Assembly (NCBI RefSeq): GCF_014857065.1
Contig: NZ_CP046533.1
Coordinates: forward strand, 450,001 to 482,000
Source: Candidatus Saccharimonadota bacterium
Lineage (GTDB): Bacteria > Pseudomonadota > Gammaproteobacteria > Enterobacterales > Enterobacteriaceae
Length of the DNA: 32,000 nt
Direction: 5' to 3'
Both the position numbers and the translations under genes were made by a program. Numbering within the stretch: position 1 is the stretch's first letter; each line of letters starts with the position of its first letter. The notes below the pieces were generated by a model, which saw only the letters and a list, made by a program, of their open reading frames with translations, was not told the origin of the DNA and searched no databases. Of this stretch, positions 1-8,548 are shown one piece after another.

Positions 1-179
1 ATCTAAAATATATAAGAAGTTTTGATTATATTTAATATTTCGTAAAAATTAAAAACCTACATTTTAAATAATTAACAATATCAAAATTCAATATATAAAC
101 CAAACTTAACGTTAAAATTTAAATCTTTATCTAAATTAACTATTAATATACATATATGTAAAAACTAATATTGATATTA

Positions 180-1826
180 TTAATCTCGTTCTATTAATAA
201 TGCTTCTAATAAATCTAAATCATGTAATAACTTAATCAAAGTCTCATTACTAATTTTTTGTTGTGCTCGTAAATGATAATACTCACCACGCTCTGCACGT
301 AATACGTTTAATCTCATACGTCTCTCTAAATCTTCCGCTAAAGAATAATTACCAGCCTCGCTATTATCATCAATTCGACGACGTAAATTACCCATAACCT
401 TAGCGCTCACTTCATTTAAAATTTGTTTATCTATATTTTCCTCTTGACTATTTAATAAACGCTCTTCCAATTTACATAAACTCTCAATAGCTACTTCAGC
501 AGCTACTACACGTGCCATTCGTTCTTCCATACGCTGTAATGTTTTATCTGAAATAACTATTCCACGTAATAATAATGGAAGAATTAAAAAACTAAAAAAT
601 AAAGATAATAAAATAACACCAGTAGCTATGAAAACAAGTTGATAACGAAATGGAAATTCTATTCCATTATTTAAAAATAATGGAATAGATAAGACCCCAG
701 CCAAAGTAATAGATCCACGAACACCAGCAAAAGAAGCAATTAAGATATCTCGTATATCATAAGTAGAAAATACTAAAGGTCTTTTTTGCATTAAACGCAA
801 ACTTATTCGTTTCATCAACCACAACCAAGTAAAACGCAACATTATCAAAGCAACATAAATAAAAAATACATACACAAAAAGCATCCAAGCCTGAATAGTA
901 GGATCCATTTTAGCTTGCATAATAGATGTTGATACAATACCAGGTAATTGTAAACCTAACATAATAAAAACCATACCATTAAATACAAATTCTAACATTG
1001 TCCAAACATTATTACCTCGTAAACGCATTGCTAATGGAGCATGACGAATAACATTAGATTGACCAATAGTCATTCCAGAAGATACAGCTGCTAAAATACC
1101 AGACACACCAACATGTTCAGCAATTAAATAAGTGGCAAAAGGTAATAATAACAATAGCACAGTTTGAATGACTGAATCTCCACCACTCCAACGAATAATA
1201 TATCTTAACGATTTACTGTATCCCCAAGTAACAAGTATACCTGATAATAATCCACCAATTGACACTTTAATAAATTCTAATGATGCTCCACCAATAGTAA
1301 ACACCATAGTATGCATTGCAACCGCAATTGCAAATTTTAACGAAACTAATCCAGATGCATCATTCATAAGAGCTTCTCCTTGTAAAATATCCATTATTTT
1401 TTTTGGGATGCGTCCCTCTCCTACTATCCCAGATAATGCTACCGCATCAGTAGGTGATAACACAGCTGCCAGTGCCAATGCCGCTACAAGCGGTATCCCT
1501 GGAATTATCCAGTAAATTAAATATCCAATACCAACAACAGTAATGATCACTAATACCAAAGCTAATGCAAGAATTTCTCCAACATATCTCAAAAATTCAC
1601 GTAACGGAGTCTTCCAACCATCAGAAAATAACAATGGAGGGATAAACAATACTAGAAATAACTCAGGATTAAAATCTACATGCAAACCAATTTTTGGCAA
1701 TGCTAATAGGGCGCCTAATCCAATTTGCACTAATGGAAGTGGTATTTCAAATGGTAAAATTCGAGTTATAATTCCCGAAAGAGATACAACTAAAGTAAGG
1801 ATAAGAATTGTAAAAAAAATTTCCAT
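180..1826 (-). CDS. yjcE: CPA1-family monovalent cation/H+ antiporter (YjcE/NhaP2-like)
   Basis: Long ORF with many hydrophobic segments and a charged C-terminal tail. Motifs SPTDAVALSGIVGEGRIPKK, QGEALMNDASGLVSLKF and FAGVRGSITLAG are typical of the YjcE type of Na+/H+ exchanger. Start placed at the second ATG (1826, MEIFFTILIL...). The ORF-track start at 1880 adds 18 low-complexity codons and cannot be excluded. Proximity to ssb matches E. coli. Confidence 0.85.
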   Translation of the reverse strand: MEIFFTILILTLVVSLSGIITRILPFEIPLPLVQIGLGALLALPKIGLHVDFNPELFLVLFIPPLLFSDGWKTPLREFLRYVGEILALALVLVIITVVGIGYLIYWIIPGIPLVAALALAAVLSPTDAVALSGIVGEGRIPKKIMDILQGEALMNDASGLVSLKFAIAVAMHTMVFTIGGASLEFIKVSIGGLLSGILVTWGYSKSLRYIIRWSGGDSVIQTVLLLLLPFATYLIAEHVGVSGILAAVSSGMTIGQSNVIRHAPLAMRLRGNNVWTMLEFVFNGMVFIMLGLQLPGIVSTSIMQAKMDPTIQAWMLFVYVFFIYVALIMLRFTWLWLMKRISLRLMQKRPLVFSTYDIRDILIASFAGVRGSITLAGVLSIPLFLNNGIEFPFRYQLVFIATGVILLSLFFSFLILPLLLRGIVISDKTLQRMEERMARVVAAEVAIESLCKLEERLLNSQEENIDKQILNEVSAKVMGNLRRRIDDNSEAGNYSLAEDLERRMRLNVLRAERGEYYHLRAQQKISNETLIKLLHDLDLLEALLIERD

Positions 1827-1985
1827 ACTCAAATTCTTCAAACTACATAAAAACAATAACAAACATAAAACAAAATACAAACAAAAACCAATAATTTAAA
1901 ATATTACAATTGAAAAGTTATACTATTCACCAATACTTAACAAAAATACAACGATCAATAAAAAACAAATTTTGCATAATGAAGC

Positions 1986-2018
1986 TTTTTCAGTTGTAAA
2001 GTATTTACAACTGAAAAA
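1986..2018. repeat. Perfect inverted repeat, 15-bp arms (TTTTTCAGTTGTAAA / TTTACAACTGAAAAA) with a 3-nt loop GTA; function unknown
   Basis: All 15 pairs checked base by base (1986-2000 against 2018-2004). Lies in the ssb to yjcE spacer, 243 bp after the ssb stop and about 160 bp before the yjcE start. T5 precedes and A5 follows the core stem on both strands, so it is not a canonical U-tract terminator. Confidence refers to the repeat being present, not to a function. Confidence 0.9.
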
Positions 2019-2260
2019 TATAGAAAAGATATTTTAGTAAATCCTAATTTATACCTCAATACTTAGAGTGCACTTTAAATCAAATAAAAATTTACCATAA
2101 AAGAAACCAAATTAACCTTAACAAAAATATGATCAAGTTCTGTATTCAACTATTCTTAAACAAATCATAAATATTTACCTACTTAAAATATATAAATACT
2201 ACAAAAAACTAATTTATATAACGTAAATCTTCTTAACAAATATATAATTTAAGAATCAAC

Positions 2261-2719
2261 TTAAAAAGGAATATCATCTAAATCTAAATCAGAAGAAATA
2301 TTATTTTCCACAGTTTTAACACCAATATCTTCATTAGAAGATGTCATTGGTATAACATTTTTTGCTTCCTGACGACCACCTAACATTTGCATAGTACCAG
2401 TAAGATTCACTATTACTTCAGTAATATAACGATCATAACCATGTTGATCTTGCCATTTACGAGTTTGCAAAGAGCCTTCAATATATATTTGAGATCCTTT
2501 ATGTAAATATTCTCTAGCAACCTCAGCTAATTTCCCAAATAATACTACACGATGCCATTCAGTTTTTTCTCTCATTTCGCCAGTTTGCTTATCTTTCCAA
2601 TTATCACTAGTAGCTAATGTTAAATTAACTACTGGATTACCATTTGACATATAACGTATTTCAGGATCTTGACCAAGATTACCTATTAAAATAACCTTAT
2701 TAATCCCTCTACTAACCAT
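2261..2719 (-). CDS. ssb: Single-stranded DNA-binding protein
   Basis: N-terminal OB-fold sequence [19 protein letters not shown]...[20 protein letters not shown] closely matches enterobacterial SSB. The C-terminal acidic tip DLDDIPF is present. GGAG lies 7 nt upstream of the ATG. The intrinsically disordered linker is shortened (152 aa). Confidence 0.97.
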   Translation of the reverse strand: MVSRGINKVILIGNLGQDPEIRYMSNGNPVVNLTLATSDNWKDKQTGEMREKTEWHRVVLFGKLAEVAREYLHKGSQIYIEGSLQTRKWQDQHGYDRYITEVIVNLTGTMQMLGGRQEAKNVIPMTSSNEDIGVKTVENNISSDLDLDDIPF

Positions 2720-3102
2720 AAATAATCTCCATTACAAAATTATCATTATTTGTATTTACAAATGCAATTAATATAAATATTTTAAAATTTATTGTAAATC
2801 TAAAAGACTACTAAACACCAAAACTAAGACTAATAAATTATAAACTAAAAACATAAAATAAATTCCCTAATAAATATTAAATTTTGTAAATACTATAACT
2901 TAACATCAATCATCTAAATATATACAATACAATAGACTATTAATGTAGCCTACTTTAATGATTTGCTGTATCTTAAAAAAAATCAAATATGAAAACTTCA
3001 TTAAACACAATTTTTAAATGTAACAAACTTATTATTTTACTAACTATCAAAACAATACAACTATAGAATAAATATTGAATTGACATTCAAATAGCAATAA
3101 AT

Positions 3103-4494
3103 TCATAACCCTACATAATTATCAAAACGAGATAGTTGCCCATTAAAAGTCAACCTTATAGTACCAATAGGACCATTGCGTTGTTTACCTAAAATTATTT
3201 CAGCAATGCCTTTCATATCACTATTTTCATGATATACCTCATCTCTGTAAATAAATATTATTAAATCAGCATCTTGTTCAATAGCTCCTGACTCACGTAA
3301 ATCAGAATTTACAGGATGTTTATCTGTTCTTTGTTCTAAACTCCTATTTAATTGAGAAATAGCTAACACGGGAACCTGTAATTCTTTAGCTAAGGATTTT
3401 AAAGATCGAGATATTTCAGTAATCTCTAGAGTTCTATTATTAAAAAGAGATGGCACTCTCATTAGTTGTAAATAATCAACCATAATCAAACTCAAACCAT
3501 CATGTTCACGAAATATTCTTCGAGAACGAGAACGCATATCACCAGGAGTCAAATAAGCAGAATCATCAATATATATATTACGCTTTTCTAATAAAAGACC
3601 TATAGTACTAGATACCCGCGCCCAATCTTCTTCATCCATTTTCCCAGTACGAATACGAAACTGATCAACACGAGATAAAGAAGACAACATACGAATCATA
3701 ATTTGTTCACTCGTCATTTCTAAACTAAAAATTAATACAGGTTTTTGCTCTGTCATGGCCGCGTGTTCACATAAATTCATAGCAAACGTAGTTTTACCCA
3801 TTGAAGGTCGTGCAGCAACAATGATTAAATCAGATTTTTGTAAACCGTTAGTTTTTTTATCCAAATCTTTATAACCGCTAGAAATACCTGTAATGTTACA
3901 ATACGGTTTATGACAAAAATTCTCAATACGAGATATAGTATCTTCAAGAATACGATCAATACCTTTAGGATTAATATTATTCTTAGCACGTTGCGAAGCA
4001 ATTTTAAATATTCTTGATTCAGCTAAATCTAATAATTCATCACTACTACGACCTTTAGGATTATATCCAGAATCAGCAATTTCACGAGCAACTTTTATCA
4101 TTTCTCTAACAATTGCACGTTCATGTACAATTTCAGCATAAGTAGAAATATTAGCAGTACTAGGAACATTTTTGGATAATTCAGCAAGATATGCAAATCC
4201 TCCAACTATTTCTAATTTTCCTTTTCGTTCTAAAGATTCAGCTAATGTTATTAAATCAATAGGTTTGCTTATTTCTAAAAGAGACTGCATTTCATGAAAA
4301 ATTAATCTATGAGAGTGATTAAAAAAATCATGATCTACTATGCGTTCAGAAATATTATCCCAATGTTCATTATCTAACATTAATCCCCCTAAAATTGATT
4401 GTTCTGCTTCTAAAGAATAAGGAGGAATTTTTGAATTATCTACCTGTTCATTACAAATATTAGATACTGTTTTAATAATTTCATGATCTGACAT
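3103..4494 (-). CDS. dnaB: Replicative DNA helicase DnaB
   Basis: Full-length 463-aa ORF. It has the N-terminal EAEQSILGGLM motif, Walker A ARPSMGKTTFAMN, and the IMVDYLQLM and GAIEQDADLI motifs of the DnaB family. Confidence 0.97.
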   Translation of the reverse strand: MSDHEIIKTVSNICNEQVDNSKIPPYSLEAEQSILGGLMLDNEHWDNISERIVDHDFFNHSHRLIFHEMQSLLEISKPIDLITLAESLERKGKLEIVGGFAYLAELSKNVPSTANISTYAEIVHERAIVREMIKVAREIADSGYNPKGRSSDELLDLAESRIFKIASQRAKNNINPKGIDRILEDTISRIENFCHKPYCNITGISSGYKDLDKKTNGLQKSDLIIVAARPSMGKTTFAMNLCEHAAMTEQKPVLIFSLEMTSEQIMIRMLSSLSRVDQFRIRTGKMDEEDWARVSSTIGLLLEKRNIYIDDSAYLTPGDMRSRSRRIFREHDGLSLIMVDYLQLMRVPSLFNNRTLEITEISRSLKSLAKELQVPVLAISQLNRSLEQRTDKHPVNSDLRESGAIEQDADLIIFIYRDEVYHENSDMKGIAEIILGKQRNGPIGTIRLTFNGQLSRFDNYVGL

Positions 4495-5169
4495 AAATGA
4501 TCATCCTAAATTCTATATGTAATTTTTATGACAATATGATTAAAGTTCTTTTGAAATTATTATTTTATAATACAGTTATTACGTATTTATATTTAAACAA
4601 ATACGTAAAGTTGTGAAACATAAAGAATAATTTGAATATCTTAAAGATTAGAATTATACGACAATAATAAATAAATTCAATATTAAAATAACTAACGAAA
4701 TAACAATAAAAATTTAAATATATTTATATATTAAGTTAAAAGTAACTATTCACATAAAATGAATAATATTAAACTATATCAAAATTATTCATACTACAAT
4801 CGCTTTATTTAAATAGAGTAGTCGCTATCATATACTATAAACTTGAATATAAATATTATAAATAGTCATAGCGATATTTAACACATAAAATTCAAATATC
4901 AAAAAATGATAATCAAATAAAAATATGAATTTTAAATAATCTTTTAATCAAAATTACATTAAAACTATTTTAGACATTAAAGTTAATTAATATATTGAAT
5001 ATAACATAAAATATATAATACTTAATATACAAAATATCCCAATAATAAAATAATTTTTATTATCAACCAAATTTAAAAAAGCAAAATTATAAAAACACAA
5101 AAAGAACTTTTTTACATTATAATATTATAATAAACAACACAAAATTATATTTTATAATTAGGAAGAAAT

Positions 5170-5625
5170 ATGAACATTAAAATTCAATGTTTACTAAACC
5201 ACGCAGTAACTTTATGTAACCAAAGATGCGTACGATTAACTCCACAAAGACTAGAAGTCTTACGTATAATATCACAACAAACTAAAGCTATGAGTGCTTA
5301 TGATTTGCTAGAATTATTAAAAAAATCCATTCCAAAAGCAAAACCATCTACCATTTATCGAGCACTTGACTTTTTATTAAATCAAAAATTTATACACCGT
5401 ATAGAATCAACAAATAAATTCATGATTTGCCACCATTTTATGAAATCAGCACACACATTTGCTTTTCTTATTTGTGATAATTGCAATCAAGTAATCGAAA
5501 AAATTACAAAGGATGTTAAAAAAATATTGCAAAATTTAGCTGATACTTCCGACTTTAAAATATCTTATGACATCATTGAAGCTCATGGAACTTGTAAAAA
5601 ATGTTGTATAATAAGAATTACTTGA
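5170..5625 (+). CDS. zur: Zinc uptake regulator Zur (Fur family)
   Basis: VRLTPQRLEVLRIISQQ..AMSAYDLLELL...STIYRALDFLLNQKFIHRIESTN aligns almost residue for residue with E. coli Zur. The CxxC pairs CDNC and CKKC and the CHHF...AH ligand region are retained. AGGAAG lies 5 nt upstream of the ATG. Confidence 0.9.
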   Translation: MNIKIQCLLNHAVTLCNQRCVRLTPQRLEVLRIISQQTKAMSAYDLLELLKKSIPKAKPSTIYRALDFLLNQKFIHRIESTNKFMICHHFMKSAHTFAFLICDNCNQVIEKITKDVKKILQNLADTSDFKISYDIIEAHGTCKKCCIIRIT

Positions 5626-5654
5626 TATCTTTCAATTAATAATAATTCTTATTA
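5609..5654. repeat. Perfect 12-bp inverted repeat (TAATAAGAATTA / TAATTCTTATTA) with a 22-nt loop, spanning the zur stop codon; possible weak terminator
   Basis: Pairs 5609-5620 against 5654-5643 checked. Followed on the + strand by CTCATTTTAT. The large loop and all-A/T-but-one stem make a terminator role uncertain. Confidence 0.35.
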
Positions 5655-5821
5655 CTCATTTTATAAACAAAATTATTAGCCGATCTATTAATGAAAATTA
5701 TATTTATTTTTACTTATTATCAGCGTACAAAATTAAAAAATAAGGTTGCATTTAGCGTACATACTGATTGAGTTATCAATTAATCTTGATACCAATATAA
5801 ATAAAAAATATAAAAATATAA

Positions 5822-6688
5822 TTAACCTAATAAAATACCAATAAATATTAAAAATCCAACATAATTATTATATGAAAAAGCTCGTATACATGAATTCATC
5901 TCACAATTTGCAATTAATTTTTGTTGGTAAATAAATATAATCAATGATAATACAAGCGAAAAATAAAATAAAAATCTAAAATGCATTTGCAAACCAATAA
6001 TGAGAAATAAAAATAACATAACTACTTGTAATAAAGCAATTATAAATTTGTCAAATTTTCCAAAAAAAATGGCAGTAGATTTTATATTAATACGTATGTC
6101 ATCATCACGATCAGCAATAGCATATTGAGTATCATAAGCTATAGTCCATGTAAAATTAGCTAAAAATAGTAACCAACATATCTTGTTGAATGACACATTG
6201 AATGTTATAAACACCATGGGAACAGGTAGACTAAAAGCTATTCCTAAAACTATCTGTGGAAAATGAGAATATCTTTTTATATATGGATAAATAAATATTA
6301 AAAAAAGCGCCATTAAGGACAAAAAAAATATTAATAAATTATTTAATAAAATAATTAAAATAAAAGAAATAAAAATCAATATAATACATAGTGTAATGGA
6401 ATTTTTATGGTTTATAGTGTTAGAAGGAAAGGGGCGATTTTTAGTACGTTTCACCAAACAATCAATATCCTGATCAATTAAATCATTAATTAAACAACCA
6501 ATAGAACGAGTAAAAAAAACACCTAAAACAAAAATTGTAAATAAATATAAATTAGGCATACCGTTATTTACTATAAACAAAGACCATAAAGTTGGCCATA
6601 ATAGTAAAAACAAACCATCTGGTTTATTTAATCTAATTAATTGAAATAAAATACAACATTTGTTTGGAATATTAAAGTTATCAATCAT
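5822..6688 (-). CDS. ubiA: 4-hydroxybenzoate polyprenyltransferase
   Basis: UbiA prenyltransferase motifs NDLIDQDIDCLVKRTKNRPFPS and YDTQYAIADRDDDIRINIKSTAIFFG are present. The C-terminal YQQKLIAN...NNYVG matches E. coli UbiA. Multi-pass membrane protein. Confidence 0.95.
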   Translation of the reverse strand: MIDNFNIPNKCCILFQLIRLNKPDGLFLLLWPTLWSLFIVNNGMPNLYLFTIFVLGVFFTRSIGCLINDLIDQDIDCLVKRTKNRPFPSNTINHKNSITLCIILIFISFILIILLNNLLIFFLSLMALFLIFIYPYIKRYSHFPQIVLGIAFSLPVPMVFITFNVSFNKICWLLFLANFTWTIAYDTQYAIADRDDDIRINIKSTAIFFGKFDKFIIALLQVVMLFLFLIIGLQMHFRFLFYFSLVLSLIIFIYQQKLIANCEMNSCIRAFSYNNYVGFLIFIGILLG

Positions 6689-6752
6689 TGTGGTAAAAAT
6701 TTATTCAGTTAGAAAATTGTTATAAGGCAAGGATTAAGTATAAATAGAATCT

Positions 6753-6790
6753 AAAAATTTATTTCATAACTAGTTATGAAATAAATTTTT
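6753..6790. repeat. Perfect 38-bp palindrome AAAAATTTATTTCATAACT|AGTTATGAAATAAATTTTT (19+19, no spacer)
   Basis: All 19 pairs verified (6753/6790 through 6771/6772). The flanking pair 6752/6791 is a mismatch. Lies in the 263-bp divergent spacer between the ubiA start (6688) and the pitA start (6952), about 20 bp upstream of a perfect TTGACA at 6811-6816. Confidence 0.95.
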
Positions 6791-6951
6791 TCAAAATTAA
6801 AAGACAACATTTGACAAATTAAAATTTTTCATTAAAAATTACCAATTATAAAATATGATCTTTGAATGAACAATGAAAACTAAAAAAAATCATATTTTCT
6901 TCCTACCAAAACACTTCACATAAAATACTATGTAATCTCTTTTAAACGACA

Positions 6952-8541
6952 ATGCAATATTTTACAACATATTTCTTTCACGATTTAGATATCCATATAG
7001 CTCATATGCTAATAGGAGCTATAATTCTTACATTAATTTATGAATTTATAAATGGTTTCCACGATACCGCCAATTCAGTAACTACTGTAATTTATACATG
7101 TGCATTAAAAGCAAAATTAGCTGTAATCATGTCTAGTTTATTTAATTTTCTAGGAGTTATCTTGAGCGGGCTAAGTGTAGCATATACCATAATTTATCTA
7201 CTTCCCATTAACTTATTGTCAGAAAGCAACGTTACTCATTATTTAGCTATGATATTTTCCATGTTATTAGCAGCAATCATCTGGAATCTAGGAACATGGT
7301 ATTTTGGTCTTCCAGCATCCTCTTCTCATACACTTATAGGCACAATAATTGGAATTGGAATAATTAACGCGCTCATCACAAACAACTCAATTATAAAAAC
7401 ACTGAATACATCCAAGCTAATTGAAATTATTATATCATTAATCATATCACCAATAATAGGATTAATACTTGGCGGACTAATAACTTCTTTATTATACCTT
7501 TCCTTAAACAACAAAAAAAAAGAACATTATATTCATCTTACACCCTCTGAAAAAAAGAAAAAAGATGGAAAGCGACAACCTGCATTTTGGCCGCGTGTTG
7601 CACTAATTATTTCCGCTGCTGGAGTAAGTTTTTCTCATGGAGCTAATGATGGACAAAAAGGAATTGGTTTAATAATGTTGATTCTAATAGGAGTAATACC
7701 AGAAACATTTATGGTAAATCTAAATGCTAATGGATACGAGATTAAATCTACACAAATTGCAATCTACCATTTACAAGAATATTATAATCAACATTCAGAT
7801 AAAATTACAAAATTTTTTGAAAATTATAATAATCAAATAATGGAAATGACAAAAACAAACAAAACGGCCTATTGTCCATTACATTATTTTAGTAAAAAAA
7901 ATGATAATAACATTACATTACACAAACAAACACAAATACAAAACATTCATAACGACCAAGACAAAATAATAAATAATATAAATATAATTACATCTTTATT
8001 AAAAGATATCCATGATTATAATCAAATATCTCCAATGGAAAGATCACATGTAAGAAATATACTCATATATTTAGCTAACATTACAGATCAAATATCTAAA
8101 ATTCCAGAAACATCAAACATGGAAAAACATATGTTACATAATATACACAAAAACTTGTTAATAACAGTAGAATACGCGCCAATGTGGATTATTATAGCAG
8201 TCGCAATATCTTTATCTTTAGGTACCATAATTGGATGGCGTCGTATTACTTCAACAATTGGCGAGAAAATTGGAAAAAAAGAAATGACCTATGCTCAAGG
8301 ACTATCAGCTCAAATAACAACCGGCATATCTATAAGTATTGCAAGTTATACAGGAATACCAATGTCAACAACACATATTTTATCATCAGCAGTAACAGGA
8401 ACCATGATCGCTCATGGTTATGGTTTACAAAGTAAAACAATTAAAAACATTTTATTAACCTGGATTTTAACATTGCCAATAGCCATTTCACTTACCGGTA
8501 TTTTATATTGGTTCTTTTTAAAATATATTTTAAATACTTAA
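6952..8541 (+). CDS. pitA: Low-affinity inorganic phosphate (metal-phosphate) transporter, PiT family
   Basis: EFINGFHDTANSVTTVIYT, WYFGLPASSSHTLIG, FSHGANDGQKGIGL, IEYAP.WII, GWRRITSTIGEKIGKKEMTYAQG and STTHILSS are near-identical to E. coli PitA. The central cytoplasmic loop is expanded with N/K/I-rich sequence (529 aa). Confidence 0.96.
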   Translation: MQYFTTYFFHDLDIHIAHMLIGAIILTLIYEFINGFHDTANSVTTVIYTCALKAKLAVIMSSLFNFLGVILSGLSVAYTIIYLLPINLLSESNVTHYLAMIFSMLLAAIIWNLGTWYFGLPASSSHTLIGTIIGIGIINALITNNSIIKTLNTSKLIEIIISLIISPIIGLILGGLITSLLYLSLNNKKKEHYIHLTPSEKKKKDGKRQPAFWPRVALIISAAGVSFSHGANDGQKGIGLIMLILIGVIPETFMVNLNANGYEIKSTQIAIYHLQEYYNQHSDKITKFFENYNNQIMEMTKTNKTAYCPLHYFSKKNDNNITLHKQTQIQNIHNDQDKIINNINIITSLLKDIHDYNQISPMERSHVRNILIYLANITDQISKIPETSNMEKHMLHNIHKNLLITVEYAPMWIIIAVAISLSLGTIIGWRRITSTIGEKIGKKEMTYAQGLSAQITTGISISIASYTGIPMSTTHILSSAVTGTMIAHGYGLQSKTIKNILLTWILTLPIAISLTGILYWFFLKYILNT

Positions 8542-8548
8542 TAACAAA

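Noticed and set aside
1168-1899. Two antisense ORFs (115 and 118 aa) inside the yjcE-like gene
   Set aside because: They fully overlap a well-conserved membrane-protein gene and their translations are low-complexity. Both lie in the antisense frame where stops arise only opposite sense Tyr (TAY) or His/Gln (CAN) codons preceded by a codon ending in a pyrimidine. That frame stays open by default opposite a hydrophobic protein.
2720-3102. LexA (SOS) box upstream of ssb, as in E. coli
   Set aside because: No CTG-N10-CAG motif occurs. The spacer contains a single CTG and no CAG. uvrA, the divergent partner in E. coli, is also absent.
4497-4616. 39-codon hydrophobic ORF starting 3 nt from the dnaB start on the opposite strand
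   Set aside because: No SD and no recognisable family. Its length is compatible with chance.
5116-5131. 16-bp palindrome ATTATAATATTATAAT upstream of zur as an autoregulatory Zur box
   Set aside because: Only the trivial central TTATAATAT matches the Zur consensus, and the diagnostic flanks GAAATG/CATTTC are absent. The palindrome is pure A/T built from two TATAAT hexamers, which is expected by chance in this composition.
7326-8435. ORFs 7326-7514 (-) and 8184-8435 (+) inside pitA
   Set aside because: The first is in the same permissive antisense frame described for yjcE. The second is an out-of-frame same-strand ORF. Neither has an SD or any family resemblance, and pitA is conserved across the whole interval.
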